In this document: positions 43,053 through 54,576 of the stretch, piece by piece
Numbering within the stretch: the first letter of the stretch is position 1
Layout of the letters: each line of letters starts with the position of its first letter
Origin: Idiomarina sp.
Lineage (GTDB): Bacteria; Pseudomonadota; Gammaproteobacteria; Enterobacterales; Alteromonadaceae
NCBI RefSeq assembly: GCF_048260185.1
Contig: NZ_JBLXHB010000004.1
Span: 88,622 to 152,621, forward strand
DNA length: 64,000 nt
Reading direction: 5' to 3'
Position numbers and translations under genes: made by a program
Notes under the pieces: model-generated
Databases searched by the model: none
Told to the model about the DNA's origin: nothing
What the model saw: the letters and a program-made list of their open reading frames with translations, nothing else

Positions 43053-45494
43053 TTAAGCTCCCACTGCCAGTTTACTCAGTAACTGATTCAGATCCGACTG
43101 CACGCCGCCAGCAGTAACGTGTTTACCCGCACCAGGTCCGCTAATAACTAATGGCATTTCTGAATACCAGTCGGTGTAGATAACGAAGATGTTTTCACCG
43201 GGTATTAAGTTGGCCAGCATGTCGCCTTCCGGAATGTACTCAATACCAACCTGAGCAGTAACTCTTTGTTCGTCGCTGACGGTAAAACTAGCCAGCAGTC
43301 TCGGCACTTTGCCGTCTTTAGCAGCTTCGTCCAGCATGGCTGTCATGGGCTCATCAAGTTCCGACAAGCGCTGCATAAATTCGCTAAGTGGTAAGTCACG
43401 TAAGTGCTCCGGCACCAAACTTTTTACTTCAATGTCCTGCCAGTCCAGTTTTAACCCAATTTCGCGTGCCAGAATCAATAATTTACGGACTAAGTCCTGA
43501 CAGGATAAATCTTCACGAGGATCAGGTTCGCTGTAACCTCGCTCTTTGGCTTCTTTCACCAGTGAACTGAAAGTCACACCTTTGGTAAAGTTCTCGAACA
43601 GCCAGGACATGGTGCCTGAGAAAATACCGGAAATGCTGCGAATTTCGTCGCCGGAATTACGCAAGTCGTTAATGGCGTAGTTCAGTGGCAGTCCGGCACC
43701 AACTGTGGTGTTGTACAGCCATTCACGCTTGTACTCGTGCTGAATGGTACGAATTTCACGGTACAGTGCCTCGTCGGCGGAGCCCGCGCGTTTGTTGGCA
43801 CTAATAATGTGCAGGCCGTTTGCGAACAAGCTGGGGTACAGCTGAGCGACTTGTTTGGCGTCGGTTAAATCAATCACCACCAGCTCATCGTATGGCGCAT
43901 TGGGTAGCTCGCGTAACAGTTCCGTGAGTACATAAGGTCGTGCCAGACGGTCGAAGTCTTCTGCCCACTGGGTGAGTTCGACGCCATTGTAATCCAGCCA
44001 TAAACGCCTTGAGTTGGCTATGCCCATAACCCGCACGTCCATCACCTGATTAATACGGTCACGCTGCTGCCGGAACAGTTCCAGCCAGGCCGTACCAATG
44101 TTGCCACGACCAATGACCAGCACGCCCAGGCTGCGACGGTAGTTAAACAATTGGCTATGCAGGCGGTTGAGTAAACGGTTATCAAGCTTTTGCTCCAGAA
44201 TAGCGACAGCAGAGTCACCGTTTTGTGTCAGGGCAAAACGACGCACTTTTTGCTCAGAAAGCTGCAGTTTAAAGGTCGAGAACTGGTCGGTTTCCTGAAT
44301 GCGGTTACCGACAATGGCCAGCATGGAATAGCCGCGAATTTGAGTAATGGCGTCACCGGCGCCCAGACTGTCCAACCAGCCGGACAGGTAGTCTAAGTGG
44401 TTTTGATGAAACACCAGATACTGCTGATGATTTTCCGGCTCGGTCCAGCTGACCAGTGGCTCTAGTTCCAGTTCATCCAGACGTTTTACTAAGGCTTTAT
44501 CGTGCAGCTCAACCTTAAACAGCACCACTTCAGACAGTGAAGTGAAGACTTTTCCACGAGGTTGGGTATTCTGGAACTGACCAATACGCGTTTGCTGATT
44601 TTCTACTTTCAGGCTGGAGCGAACGGAAATGACCATACGCTGACGGTCGACCGGCTGAAAGGTTCTTGGGTGCAGAACTGGGCTGCCAAGGCGCGCCAGT
44701 TCTTCAGCCTCGGTCCAGTCTAATGTTGGTAAACTGACTACGCGCTCAACTTTGCGCGGGTCTGCCGAATAAACGCCGGCTACGTCTTTCCAGATAGTAA
44801 CCTGACGTGTATCCAGCAGACTGCCTACTAAGGTTGCTGAATAGTCACTGCCGTTACGGCCCAACGTTAAACTTTCGCCATTTAAACCGCGGGCAATAAA
44901 GCCGGTAACAATAAAGCGGGTGCCCGAGTGAGGAGCTACTCTTTGTAATAGTTTTTCACGAGAATGTTCTACCTGAATAACGGGTTCAGGGGCATCTGCA
45001 GCGAGTAAAAAGTCGCGGGCATCAATGTGGTCGGCGCGGGTGCCCTGTTTTTGCAGTAAAGCTGATAACAAGCGGGCAGACCAGAGCTCGCCGTACGACA
45101 GTAACTCGGCGTTATGGCTAATGGCTTCGTCGCCGGCTAACCAACGACGCCAGCGAGTAAAGTCTTTTTGCGATTGTAGTAGCAACTGTTTTTGTAAGTC
45201 GCCACTTAATAACTCGGTGATCAGCCCTTGCTGAAAACTCTCCAACTGATCGAGCAGAATGCTGGCGGTGTCGCCTGGCTGCGCCTTAGAATTAATAATG
45301 GCAAGAATGCGGTTGGTTGTATCTCCGGCTGCGGAAACGACGACTAAGTCGCTGGCACCAGCATACTCGGTTACAATTCGGGCAACGCGGCGATAGCAGA
45401 ACGCATCAGCAAGACTGCTGCCGCCAAACTTATGCACCTGAACGCTGTCGGCAACGGCTTGCTTTTGCTCTTCTGTGAGCTGAGTTGTTGTCAT
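43053..45494 (-). CDS. metL: bifunctional aspartokinase / homoserine dehydrogenase (MetL-type)
   Basis: 813 aa. Aspartokinase N-terminus (VHKFGGSSLAD), homoserine dehydrogenase C-terminus (GRGNIG..., GPGAG..TA.GV). Divergent from metJ, as for metBL in enterics. Confidence 0.75.
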   Translation of the reverse strand: MTTTQLTEEQKQAVADSVQVHKFGGSSLADAFCYRRVARIVTEYAGASDLVVVSAAGDTTNRILAIINSKAQPGDTASILLDQLESFQQGLITELLSGDLQKQLLLQSQKDFTRWRRWLAGDEAISHNAELLSYGELWSARLLSALLQKQGTRADHIDARDFLLAADAPEPVIQVEHSREKLLQRVAPHSGTRFIVTGFIARGLNGESLTLGRNGSDYSATLVGSLLDTRQVTIWKDVAGVYSADPRKVERVVSLPTLDWTEAEELARLGSPVLHPRTFQPVDRQRMVISVRSSLKVENQQTRIGQFQNTQPRGKVFTSLSEVVLFKVELHDKALVKRLDELELEPLVSWTEPENHQQYLVFHQNHLDYLSGWLDSLGAGDAITQIRGYSMLAIVGNRIQETDQFSTFKLQLSEQKVRRFALTQNGDSAVAILEQKLDNRLLNRLHSQLFNYRRSLGVLVIGRGNIGTAWLELFRQQRDRINQVMDVRVMGIANSRRLWLDYNGVELTQWAEDFDRLARPYVLTELLRELPNAPYDELVVIDLTDAKQVAQLYPSLFANGLHIISANKRAGSADEALYREIRTIQHEYKREWLYNTTVGAGLPLNYAINDLRNSGDEIRSISGIFSGTMSWLFENFTKGVTFSSLVKEAKERGYSEPDPREDLSCQDLVRKLLILAREIGLKLDWQDIEVKSLVPEHLRDLPLSEFMQRLSELDEPMTAMLDEAAKDGKVPRLLASFTVSDEQRVTAQVGIEYIPEGDMLANLIPGENIFVIYTDWYSEMPLVISGPGAGKHVTAGGVQSDLNQLLSKLAVGA

Positions 45495-45575
45495 TCCGCC
45501 TTCCTTAACTACTCGCTTGAATTAGGTAACTGCTACTAAGGCTAAAATATTGTCAGGCAAATGTCAGCAACTTTT

Positions 45576-45591
45576 AGCCATCTAGACGGAT
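45576..45591. promoter_or_regulatory. candidate tandem Met boxes (MetJ operator)
   Basis: AGCCATCT AGACGGAT gives two adjacent octamers, each 6/8 to the AGACGTCT consensus. They lie in the metL-metJ divergent intergenic region. Confidence 0.3.
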
Positions 45592-45668
45592 AAAATTTGA
45601 CGGGGTCGTTCATTCGGGTACAATTCATTATAACTTATGTGGTTTTGTTATATAGCGGGACAATAACA

Positions 45669-45992
45669 ATGAAATGGAACGGCGAATATATTTACCCTTA
45701 TGCTGAACACGGTCGTAAGAGTCAGCAGGTGAAAAAAGTTACGGTCTCAATACCCACGCGCGTGTTAAAAGTACTGACCGATGAACGAACCCGTCGCCAA
45801 ATTAATAATCTGCGCCATGCTACCAACAGCGAACTATTGTGTGAGGCGTTTTTACACGCTTTTACCGGTCAGCCGCTGCCGGAAGATGAAGACTTGCAAA
45901 AATCCAACCCGAATAAAATCCCCAAAGCTGTGCGCGAAGAGCTGGAAGCCCGGGGATTACCTATTCCAACCGATGAAGAGTTGGACGATTAA
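45669..45992 (+). CDS. metJ: methionine repressor MetJ
   Basis: [71 protein letters not shown] is near-identical to E. coli MetJ. I trimmed the tracked ORF from 45597. Confidence 0.9.
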   Translation: MKWNGEYIYPYAEHGRKSQQVKKVTVSIPTRVLKVLTDERTRRQINNLRHATNSELLCEAFLHAFTGQPLPEDEDLQKSNPNKIPKAVREELEARGLPIPTDEELDD

Positions 45993-46067
45993 ACAGTGCG
46001 TGTGGCCGTAGCCTGACGTTCACGTCAGGAATGGCATCTCACCTGACATAAATATCAGGCTACGTGA

Positions 46068-47312
46068 TTAATCCTGCATATAATTTTTTGGTAAATCGAT
46101 TTTGGCTGCGCCGGATTTCACAGCAGCCTCTGCAACGGCGCGCGATACGCGTGGACACAAGCGCGGGTCAATTGGCTTAGGAATAATATAATCACGGCCG
46201 AAGGTTAATTCTTTGACACCGGCTGCTTTCAATACCGACTCCGGCACTGGCTCTTTCGCCAACTGACGAATAGCTTCCACTGCTGCAACTTTCATTTCGT
46301 CGTTAATCGCAGTAGCACGCACATCTAATGCACCGCGGAACATAAACGGGAAGCATAAAACGTTGTTCACCTGGTTCGGGTAGTCTGAGCGTCCGGTGCC
46401 CATAATCAGGTCATCACGTGCGGCCATAGCGGTTTCCGGCTTAATCTCCGGGTCTGGGTTAGAGCAGGCAAACAGAACCGGGTTAGGTGCCATAAGTTTT
46501 AGCTCTTCTGCGCTGAGTAAGTTAGGCCCTGAAACCCCAACGAAAATATCCGCGCCGTCGATAACATCTTTTAGCGTACGCTTATCGGTGTTGTTGGCGA
46601 ACAGTTGCTTGTATTCGTTCAAGTCGTCCCGGCGGGTGTGAATAACGCCTTTTGAGTCGAGCATATAAATGTGCTCGCGTTGTGCGCCACATTTAATTAA
46701 AAGCTCCATACAGGCAATGGCGGCAGCACCGGCACCAAGGCAAACAATGCGAGATTCTGCCAGGTTTTTACCCTGAATTTCTAACGCATTCAGCATACCG
46801 GCGGCCGTCACAATGGCAGTACCGTGCTGATCATCATGGAATACCGGTACATTGCAGCGCTCTATTAAGGCTTGTTCAATTTCAAAGCACTCAGGGGCTT
46901 TAATGTCTTCTAAGTTAATACCACCAAAGGTATCGGCAATGTTAGCAACGGTGTTGATAAAGTCCTGCGTGGTGCGGTGGTTCACTTCAATATCAATAGA
47001 GTCCAGTCCGGCGAAACGTTTAAACAGCAGAGCTTTACCTTCCATAACCGGTTTTGATGCCAGCGGTCCCAGGTTTCCTAAGCCAAGAATGGCGGTTCCG
47101 TTAGTAATAACCGCAACCATATTGCCTTTGGCCGTATAACGGTAAGCCGCGTCCGGGTCCTGAGCAATTTCCCTAACCGGCTCTGCGACGCCCGGGCTGT
47201 AGGCCAAAGCTAAATCTTTGCTGGTTTCTGCGGGAGTGGTGAGTTCAACCGAAATTTTACCCGGGGTCGGGTATTCGTGGTAATCCAGTGCCTGTTGGCG
47301 AAAATCTGTCAT
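46068..47312 (-). CDS. NAD(P)-dependent malic enzyme (short form)
   Basis: 414 aa. ALDYHEYPTPGKISV, LALAYSPGVA, FHDDQHGTAIV and GAGAAA (Rossmann) are characteristic of the MaeB-type malic enzyme domain without a PTA extension. Confidence 0.85.
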   Translation of the reverse strand: MTDFRQQALDYHEYPTPGKISVELTTPAETSKDLALAYSPGVAEPVREIAQDPDAAYRYTAKGNMVAVITNGTAILGLGNLGPLASKPVMEGKALLFKRFAGLDSIDIEVNHRTTQDFINTVANIADTFGGINLEDIKAPECFEIEQALIERCNVPVFHDDQHGTAIVTAAGMLNALEIQGKNLAESRIVCLGAGAAAIACMELLIKCGAQREHIYMLDSKGVIHTRRDDLNEYKQLFANNTDKRTLKDVIDGADIFVGVSGPNLLSAEELKLMAPNPVLFACSNPDPEIKPETAMAARDDLIMGTGRSDYPNQVNNVLCFPFMFRGALDVRATAINDEMKVAAVEAIRQLAKEPVPESVLKAAGVKELTFGRDYIIPKPIDPRLCPRVSRAVAEAAVKSGAAKIDLPKNYMQD

Positions 47313-47483
47313 GCGGTGATACCTGAGTCTGGTTATCAGAATGCCAGTCAGTCTATCGCTTTTATGCTAAGAAACAAATCTTACCTCCGTCTTTATGCCG
47401 AATGACGAGAACTAAATTTAATGAGTGTTCAAAAGTACACCAGTTAACTTTTCTTTAACAATAGGAGGTTTAGGCAAGCGGGC

Positions 47484-47512
47484 ACAAAAAAAGGCGCTGT
47501 TTAGCGCCTTTC
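47484..47512 (-). terminator. Rho-independent terminator downstream of rpmE
   Basis: The reverse strand reads AAGGCGCTAAACAGCGCCTTTTTTTTG: an 8-bp GC-rich stem, a 4-nt loop and a T-run, about 45 nt after the rpmE stop. Confidence 0.65.
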
Positions 47513-47553
47513 TCTTAAAATCTGCTATTAAGCAGCGTTTTCCATAGGTTTTC

Positions 47554-47772
47554 TTAGGAGTCTTTCTTGCCCAGAGCACCAAAACGCTTCTTAAATTTAT
47601 CAACACGACCACCAGTGTCCATTACACGTTGCTTACCAGTGTAGAACGGGTGGCACTCTGAACATACGTCCAGGTGAAGATCTTCTGAGCGGGTTGAACG
47701 TGTTTCGAACGTGTGACCGCAAGAACAGCTGACTTTTAAAGTCTCGTACTTAGGATGAATACCTTGTTTCAT
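47554..47772 (-). CDS. rpmE: 50S ribosomal protein L31
   Basis: [27 protein letters not shown]...[12 protein letters not shown] is the Zn-binding type A L31. Confidence 0.95.
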   Translation of the reverse strand: MKQGIHPKYETLKVSCSCGHTFETRSTRSEDLHLDVCSECHPFYTGKQRVMDTGGRVDKFKKRFGALGKKDS

Positions 47773-47939
47773 GGGGTTACCTCAGTTATGGGCCGCATCG
47801 CCATTCGATCCAAAGCCGAACACCATGCGCAAAAAAACATCAATGAATTAAGAGCCGCGCATTTTATGTGATCCTGAGCCTGTGATCAAGTAGAATCTGC
47901 TGCCTTGTATTCTGCGCGGTAGCGTTCCAGAATAGAGCC

Positions 47940-50150
47940 ATGAAGCAAGCCAGCACCGGTAGCGAACGACGTTATAAAGTCGCACTGCCGCTACCTCTTC
48001 GACAAACCTATGATTATCTGTGCAAAAGTGCCGAGCCACTGCCGCAGGGAGTCCGCGTGCGCGTGCCTTTTGGCCAGCGTCAGCTAGTGGGTTACGTGGT
48101 TGCCGAAGCCAGTGACGAACCGCCAACATTTGAACTGAAGTCGGTTGCTTCGGTTCTCGATGAGCAGCGACTGTGGCCGGATGATATCTGGCAGCTGGTG
48201 CGCTGGTCTTCCGACTACTACCATCATTCATTGGGGGATGTAGCCGCTAATAGCCTGCCGGTTCTGTTGCGCAAAGGCGATGCGCCGGAATATCTGACCG
48301 AAACTTTTTATGCGTTGACCGACTTAGGCCGGGCGCAGTCCATTAATGATTTAAAAGGGGCTGCAAGACAGCAGCAGGTGCTGGCGGCGCTTAAACATCA
48401 GCCGCTCAGGCGCAGCGACTTGACCGATATAGGCGTCACCTCAGCCGTGCTTCGTACCTTACAGGATAAAGGCTGGATTGAAGTGCGCGAGCAGGCACCG
48501 ACTAAGAATCAGGGCTGGCAAAAGCAGTCATCGGTGCTAAAAGAGCAGGGGCATGCACTAAATACCGAGCAGGCAGCGGCGGTTTCGACCATTAACCAAC
48601 AGCAGAAGCACAGTACGTTGTTGCTGGAAGGGGTTACTGGTAGTGGCAAAACCGAAGTGTATTTGCAAGCCATGGAACCGGTACTGGAACGTGGTGAGCA
48701 GGTGTTGGTGCTGGTACCGGAAATAGGCCTGACTCCACAGACTTTACAGCGCTTTAAAGAGCGTTTTGACGCGCCGGTGGTCATGCTGCACTCCGGTATG
48801 AGTGACAGAGAACGTTTGAATACCTGGCTGGACGCGAAGCACGGACATGCGGCAATCATTATCGGTACCCGTTCGGCGGTGTTCACACCCTGCCAGAAGC
48901 TCGGACTTATCGTGGTCGATGAAGAACATGACTTGTCTTACAAGCAACAGGACGGCTTTCGCTACCACGCTCGGGATATTGCCATTAAACGGGCGTCTTT
49001 ACTGAATATTCCGCTGGTACTGGGTAGTGCAACGGCCTCGCTGGAAACTTTGAATAACGCGGTCAGCAAGCGTTTTCACTGGCTTAAGTTGGGGCAGCGA
49101 GCTGGTGGTGCGCAAATGGTTAAACACGAGCTTATTGACCTGAAGCAGCAGCCCATTAAAGCCGGTGTTTCCAAAGCGTTGCAGGAACAAATTCAGGTAG
49201 AAATTGAACGCGGTAATCAGGTATTGCTGTTTCTTAATCGCCGCGGCTTTGCACCGGCGTTAATGTGTCATGAATGTGGCTGGCTGGCGCAGTGTCATCG
49301 TTGTGATGCTTATTACACAGTACATAAAGCTCATCACCAGTTGCAGTGTCATCATTGCGGTAGTCAGCAGCGAATACCTAAGCAGTGCGGTTCCTGCGGC
49401 TCCACGCACTTAATTTCGCATGGCGTGGGTACCGAGCAGTTAGAGCACAGCCTGAAGGAGATGTTTCCGGGTCGTGGAGTGCTGCGCATTGACCGGGACT
49501 CCACCCGCCGTAAAGGCCAGTTAGACGACTACCTGCAAAAAGCTACAAATAACGAGTACCCTTTGCTGGTCGGCACGCAGATGTTGGCTAAAGGCCATCA
49601 CTTTCCGCATGTGACCTTGGTGGCGCTGCTGGATGTTGATGGTGCGCTTTACAGTGCGGATTTCCGGGCTGCGGAGCGTTTAGGACAGCTTTATACTCAG
49701 GTGGCGGGGCGCGCCGGGCGGGAGCACAAAGCCGGCAAGGTGGTACTGCAAACCCACCATCCGGAACACGACTTAATTCAGGATCTGCTCAATAACGGTT
49801 ATTCACATTTCGCGTTGACGGCTTTAGCCGAACGCCAGCAAAGCGAGCTGCCGCCGTTCTCTTATTTGGCGCTGTTCCGTGGCGAAGCAACCGACAGAGA
49901 CTCGGTGGTACAGGCCATGACCCAAATTCAGCAGCTAATGCCGCAGGTGGAAGGTGCGTTTTTACTGGGGCCGATGCCAGCTTTAATGGAGCGTAAAGCT
50001 GGTCGTTACCGCTATCAATTACTGTTACATTGTCAGTCGCGTAAATTGCGTTTTCAGCTTATTGAACACTTGTTGCCGCAGATTAACGCTTTGCCGTTAT
50101 TGAAAAAAGTGCGCTGGTCACTGGACATTGATCCACAAGACTTCAGCTGA
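47940..50150 (+). CDS. priA: primosomal replication restart helicase PriA
   Basis: 736 aa. Walker A GVTGSGKTEV, DEEH box, and Cys-rich zinc insertions (CHECGWLAQCHRCD...CHHCG...CGSCGS). Confidence 0.9.
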   Translation: MKQASTGSERRYKVALPLPLRQTYDYLCKSAEPLPQGVRVRVPFGQRQLVGYVVAEASDEPPTFELKSVASVLDEQRLWPDDIWQLVRWSSDYYHHSLGDVAANSLPVLLRKGDAPEYLTETFYALTDLGRAQSINDLKGAARQQQVLAALKHQPLRRSDLTDIGVTSAVLRTLQDKGWIEVREQAPTKNQGWQKQSSVLKEQGHALNTEQAAAVSTINQQQKHSTLLLEGVTGSGKTEVYLQAMEPVLERGEQVLVLVPEIGLTPQTLQRFKERFDAPVVMLHSGMSDRERLNTWLDAKHGHAAIIIGTRSAVFTPCQKLGLIVVDEEHDLSYKQQDGFRYHARDIAIKRASLLNIPLVLGSATASLETLNNAVSKRFHWLKLGQRAGGAQMVKHELIDLKQQPIKAGVSKALQEQIQVEIERGNQVLLFLNRRGFAPALMCHECGWLAQCHRCDAYYTVHKAHHQLQCHHCGSQQRIPKQCGSCGSTHLISHGVGTEQLEHSLKEMFPGRGVLRIDRDSTRRKGQLDDYLQKATNNEYPLLVGTQMLAKGHHFPHVTLVALLDVDGALYSADFRAAERLGQLYTQVAGRAGREHKAGKVVLQTHHPEHDLIQDLLNNGYSHFALTALAERQQSELPPFSYLALFRGEATDRDSVVQAMTQIQQLMPQVEGAFLLGPMPALMERKAGRYRYQLLLHCQSRKLRFQLIEHLLPQINALPLLKKVRWSLDIDPQDFS

Positions 50151-50242
50151 TTAACAACTAAGCGGTTTTTTTTATCGAGCGTAGCGATTAAACTAAGCGC
50201 TTTGAATTTCCTCTTCGATTTTTCATACAGGTAGTCGCATTA

Positions 50243-51985
50243 ATGAAAGAACAACTTGAACAGTTACTGGCCGAAGCCATTGGTCAACTTAAAGCACAAG
50301 GCACAATTCCGGCGGATCATTCAGTAAACATTCAGTTGGACCGACCCCGCGATAAGTCGCACGGTGACTTTGCGACAAACCTGGCATTAATGCTGGCAAA
50401 GCCGGCGAAATCGAACCCGCGTCAGTTGGCAGAAGCCATTGTTGCTGCGGTTCCGGAAAACTCTTTACTGTCAAAAATGGATATTGCGGGTCCCGGCTTT
50501 ATTAACTTCACCATTTCGCAGGACCAACTGAAAGACCAGCTAACCGCAATGCTTAACAGCGACAGCCTGAACGTGGATGTGGCAGAAGAGAGCAAAACCA
50601 TTGTTATTGACTACTCGTCGCCTAACCTGGCCAAAGAAATGCACGTCGGCCATTTACGTTCAGCCATTATTGGCGATGCGGTGTCCCGTGTGTGTGAGTT
50701 TTTAGGACACAAAGTGATTCGTCAGAACCACGTGGGCGACTGGGGTACGCAGTTCGGTATGCTGTTAGCTTACATGGAAGCACTGGATAATCAGTCGGCA
50801 GAATACGAACTGAGCAACCTGGAAACCTTTTATAAAGCGGCCAAGCAGCGTTTTGACGACAGCGAAGAATTTGCTGACCGCGCGCGCCAATTGGTGGTGA
50901 AACTGCAGTCGGGCGACGAATATTGCCTGAAGCTGTGGAATCAGTTTATTGATGTGTCACTGAGCCATTGTCAGGACGTATACGACCGTCTGGGCGTTAA
51001 ACTGACTCGTGACGACGTGATGGCAGAAAGTGCCTACAACGATAAATTACCGGGCGTTATTGAGCACCTGCGTGAGAAAGGCCTGTTGACTGAAGATCAG
51101 GGCGCGCAGTGCGTGTTCCTTGAAGAATACAAAGGCAAAGAAGGCGAGCCGCTGCCAATTATTGTGCAGAAAAAAGGCGGGGGGTATCTTTATGCCACTA
51201 CCGACTTAGCCGCCATTGAATACCGTCAGAAGGAACTGGGTGGCGACCATTTGATGTACTTTGTGGATGCCCGTCAGTCGCTGCATTTCGACCAAATATT
51301 CACGCTGGCGCGCAAAGCCGGTTTTGTGGAAGGCGATATACAGCTGAACCATTACGGTTTTGGTACCGTGATGGGTAAAGACGGCAAACCTTATAAAAGT
51401 CGTGACGGCGGTGTGACCAAGCTGGCTGATTTGCTGGATGAAGCCGAACGCCGTGCGCTGGAATTATTGCAGCAAAAAACTACTGACCTTAGCGAAGAGC
51501 AGCAAAAACGAGTTGCCGAAGTAGTGGGTATTAGCTCGGTTAAATACGCAGACTTATCGAAAAATCGCACCAGCGACTACGTTTTCGACTGGAACCACAT
51601 GCTGACTTTTGAAGGCAACACGGCACCTTACCTGCTTTATGCTTTCACCCGCGTGAACAGTATTTTCGATCGTTTGGGTGACACCGCCTTTGACCGTAAC
51701 GCTGATATTATTCTAAATGACGAACGCGAGCTGGCGCTGGCGAATCAGTTGGTCCGTTTTAACGAAGTACTGCATCAGGTTCAGGATAAAGCTATGCCGC
51801 ATTTCTTATGCGGTTTCCTGTTTGATTTGGCCGGTCGCTTCTCTAGTTTTTACGAAGCCTGCCCAATTTTGAATCAGGAAGACGAAGCCCTTCGTAACAG
51901 CCGTCTGAAGTTGTCGATGTTAACCGCCAACGTACTGAAACAAGGCCTGGAATTACTGGGTATTCCAACCCTGGAGAAGATGTAA
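50243..51985 (+). CDS. argS: arginyl-tRNA synthetase
   Basis: 580 aa. Class I HIGH variant ([15 protein letters not shown]) and the anticodon-binding C-terminus ending ...LGIPTLEKM. Confidence 0.95.
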   Translation: MKEQLEQLLAEAIGQLKAQGTIPADHSVNIQLDRPRDKSHGDFATNLALMLAKPAKSNPRQLAEAIVAAVPENSLLSKMDIAGPGFINFTISQDQLKDQLTAMLNSDSLNVDVAEESKTIVIDYSSPNLAKEMHVGHLRSAIIGDAVSRVCEFLGHKVIRQNHVGDWGTQFGMLLAYMEALDNQSAEYELSNLETFYKAAKQRFDDSEEFADRARQLVVKLQSGDEYCLKLWNQFIDVSLSHCQDVYDRLGVKLTRDDVMAESAYNDKLPGVIEHLREKGLLTEDQGAQCVFLEEYKGKEGEPLPIIVQKKGGGYLYATTDLAAIEYRQKELGGDHLMYFVDARQSLHFDQIFTLARKAGFVEGDIQLNHYGFGTVMGKDGKPYKSRDGGVTKLADLLDEAERRALELLQQKTTDLSEEQQKRVAEVVGISSVKYADLSKNRTSDYVFDWNHMLTFEGNTAPYLLYAFTRVNSIFDRLGDTAFDRNADIILNDERELALANQLVRFNEVLHQVQDKAMPHFLCGFLFDLAGRFSSFYEACPILNQEDEALRNSRLKLSMLTANVLKQGLELLGIPTLEKM

Positions 51986-51991
51986 CGCACT

Positions 51992-52558
51992 ATGGATTAC
52001 GCGAATCGTAAGCCAAAATCGCCAAAACGTAAGCCGGCTAAGAAAAAAGGAACCAATAAAAAACAGCAACGCGGGGCAAAACCGGTTGCTGAGCGAAAAC
52101 CGGTGCCCTGGTTTGTGGTCGCTGTTGCCATTGGTCTCATTGCTTTCTTTACCTATATGCTGGTGCAAATTAGCGGTAAGTCTGAACAGGTTGAACAACC
52201 GCAGGTGCAACCGCCGCCGGCGGACTTATTGCCGGAGAAATCGGCTGAGCGCTGGCGTTACATTGAAGAGCTAAGAAGTAAAGAAGTGGAAGTGGATGTG
52301 CCGGAACGCGAAGTGGGTCCACCGAAACTCATGCAATGCGGCTCTTTCCGTCAGCAGAAGGACGCTGAAAGGTTACGTGCACAAATTGCGATGGCGGGGC
52401 TGGAATCTCAGGTGCGCTCGACTGAAGGCAGTAACGGGCTTTGGTACCGGGTTATTCTGGGTCCTTATGAAACCAAACGCGATGCCGAACGTGATCGCCA
52501 TAAATTGCAGCGTAATCAGGTGTTTGGCTGCGCAATCTGGAACTGGAATATCGATTAG
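51992..52558 (+). CDS. SPOR-domain cell-division protein (FtsN-like)
   Basis: Basic N-terminus, one TM (WFVVAVAIGLIAFFTYMLV) and a C-terminal SPOR pattern (MQCGSFRQQKDAERLRAQIAMAGL...WYRVILGPYETKRDAE). Position priA...ftsN-hslVU as in enterics. Confidence 0.6.
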   Translation: MDYANRKPKSPKRKPAKKKGTNKKQQRGAKPVAERKPVPWFVVAVAIGLIAFFTYMLVQISGKSEQVEQPQVQPPPADLLPEKSAERWRYIEELRSKEVEVDVPEREVGPPKLMQCGSFRQQKDAERLRAQIAMAGLESQVRSTEGSNGLWYRVILGPYETKRDAERDRHKLQRNQVFGCAIWNWNID

Positions 52559-52571
52559 TCGACATTTACCA

Positions 52572-52599
52572 TTGAAAAATACGATATAGACCCTCAAAT
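52572..52599 (+). promoter_or_regulatory. candidate sigma-32 heat-shock promoter of hslVU
   Basis: TTGAAA at 52572-52577, a 13-nt spacer, then CCCTCAAAT at 52591-52599. Compare the sigma-32 consensus CTTGAAA-N13/14-CCCCATNT. Lies about 45 nt upstream of hslV. Confidence 0.45.
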
Positions 52600-52641
52600 A
52601 CTTGTCATCGACGTCACTAAGACAAAAAAGAGGGTCTTGAT

Positions 52642-53199
52642 TTGACTACTATCGTATCTGTTCGCCGCGGCGATAAAGTTGTTATTGGCGGTGATGGCCA
52701 GGTTTCTCTGGGTAATACCGTAATGAAAGGCAATGCGCGCAAAGTGCGTCGTCTCTACCACGATAAAGTGCTGGCTGGTTTTGCCGGCGGAACCGCTGAC
52801 GCTTTCACCTTATTCGAACGTTTTGAGTCCAAACTTGAGCAACATCAGGGGAACCTGATGCGTGCGGCTGTGGAGCTGGCAAAAGACTGGCGTACCGACC
52901 GGGCGCTGCGCCGGCTGGAAGCATTGCTTGCGGTTGCTGACAAAGAAACGTCATTAATTATTACCGGTAATGGCGATGTTGTGCAGCCGGAGAATGATCT
53001 AATTGCAATTGGCTCCGGTGGGCCGTTTGCGCAGTCGGCAGCAAGAGCTTTGCTGGAAAATACTGACTTAAATGCCCGCGACATTGTGCAAAAAGCACTA
53101 ACCATTGCAGGCGATATTTGCGTGTATACCAACGGCAACCAGACCATTGAAGAAGAAGAGTCTATTGCTGAAGACAAAACGAAGCAGGGGAAAAAATAA
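52642..53199 (+). CDS. hslV: ATP-dependent protease subunit HslV
   Basis: TTG start. (M)[37 protein letters not shown] has the catalytic N-terminal Thr and the canonical HslV sequence. Confidence 0.95.
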   Translation: MTTIVSVRRGDKVVIGGDGQVSLGNTVMKGNARKVRRLYHDKVLAGFAGGTADAFTLFERFESKLEQHQGNLMRAAVELAKDWRTDRALRRLEALLAVADKETSLIITGNGDVVQPENDLIAIGSGGPFAQSAARALLENTDLNARDIVQKALTIAGDICVYTNGNQTIEEEESIAEDKTKQGKK

Positions 53200-53200
53200 G

Positions 53201-54553
53201 ATGTCTGAGATGACCCCAAGAGAAATTGTAGACGAATTAAACCGACATATTATTGGTCAGGATAAAGCCAAACGCGCTGTTGCCGTTGCTCTGCGTAATC
53301 GCTGGCGCCGGATGCAGCTGGATGACGAGCTGCGTCAGGAAGTCACACCTAAGAATATCTTAATGATAGGTCCTACCGGTGTGGGTAAAACGGAAATTGC
53401 CCGTCGGCTGGCGAAATTAGCGAAAGCGCCTTTCATTAAAGTGGAAGCGACTAAGTTCACAGAAGTGGGTTACGTGGGTAAAGAAATTGAATCCATTATT
53501 AAGGATTTAACCGACGTTGCTGTGAAACAAACGCGCGAAGAAATGATGCAAAAGGTACGTTACCGCGCTGAAGAAGCGGCGGAAGAGCGTATTCTGGATG
53601 TACTACTGCCACCGGCGAAGAAGTCTTCTTCTGGTTGGGCTCAGCAACAGGAAGAGACACCGGAAAACGATGACCAACGTGGTACTCGTCAGGTATTCCG
53701 TAAGAAATTACGTGAAGGCCAGCTGGACGACAAAGAAATAGAAATTGATTTAGCCATGCCGCAAATGGGTGTTGAAATTATGGCGCCGCCGGGTATGGAG
53801 GAAATGACGTCGCAATTGCAGAACATGTTCCAGAACATGGGCAGCGATAAGACCAAGGCGCGCAAAATGCGCATTAAAGACGCTTACAAACAGTTGGTTG
53901 ATGAGGAAGCGGCGAAGCTGCTGAATCCTGATGACGTTAAAGAAGCCGCTATTGAGTCGGTTGAGCAGAACGGCATTGTCTTTTTAGATGAAATTGACAA
54001 GATTTGTAAGCGTGGTGATACCAGCGGACCAGATGTTTCCCGCGAAGGTGTGCAGCGTGACTTACTGCCTTTGGTTGAAGGTACCACGGTGAATACCAAG
54101 CACGGTATGATAAAAACCGATCATATTCTGTTTATTGCCTCTGGTGCATTCCAGATGAGCAAGCCTTCAGACCTTATTCCTGAATTACAGGGGCGTTTGC
54201 CTATTCGGGTTGAGCTGGAAGCACTGACCAGTGGTGACTTTGTTCGCATTCTGACTGAGCCAAGCGCGTCGCTGACCACTCAGTATCATGCTCTGCTGAA
54301 CACTGAAGGCGTTGAGGTGAACTTTACTGAGGACGGTATTCAGCGCATTGCTGAAGTGGCCTTCCATGTAAACGAAACCACAGAAAATATTGGTGCGCGT
54401 CGCTTACATACGGTGCTGGAGCGTTTAATGGAAGAAATTTCCTTCCATGCTACTGACCACAGTGGCGAGAAACTGGTTGTTGATGCCGACTACGTGAATG
54501 AACATGTCGGTGAACTGTCGCAGGACGAAGACTTAAGCCGCTTCATCCTGTAA
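53201..54553 (+). CDS. hslU: ATP-dependent protease ATPase subunit HslU
   Basis: [37 protein letters not shown], Walker [16 protein letters not shown], Walker [11 protein letters not shown] trimmed the tracked ORF from 53105. Confidence 0.95.
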   Translation: MSEMTPREIVDELNRHIIGQDKAKRAVAVALRNRWRRMQLDDELRQEVTPKNILMIGPTGVGKTEIARRLAKLAKAPFIKVEATKFTEVGYVGKEIESIIKDLTDVAVKQTREEMMQKVRYRAEEAAEERILDVLLPPAKKSSSGWAQQQEETPENDDQRGTRQVFRKKLREGQLDDKEIEIDLAMPQMGVEIMAPPGMEEMTSQLQNMFQNMGSDKTKARKMRIKDAYKQLVDEEAAKLLNPDDVKEAAIESVEQNGIVFLDEIDKICKRGDTSGPDVSREGVQRDLLPLVEGTTVNTKHGMIKTDHILFIASGAFQMSKPSDLIPELQGRLPIRVELEALTSGDFVRILTEPSASLTTQYHALLNTEGVEVNFTEDGIQRIAEVAFHVNETTENIGARRLHTVLERLMEEISFHATDHSGEKLVVDADYVNEHVGELSQDEDLSRFIL

Positions 54554-54576
54554 AAAACTCTGCAGAAATTGTAGAG

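Noticed and set aside
43043-43065. 9-bp-stem hairpin between convergent mrcA and metL as a bidirectional terminator
   Set aside because: It overlaps the last metL codons and lacks a clear T-run on either strand. Too weak to annotate as a terminator.
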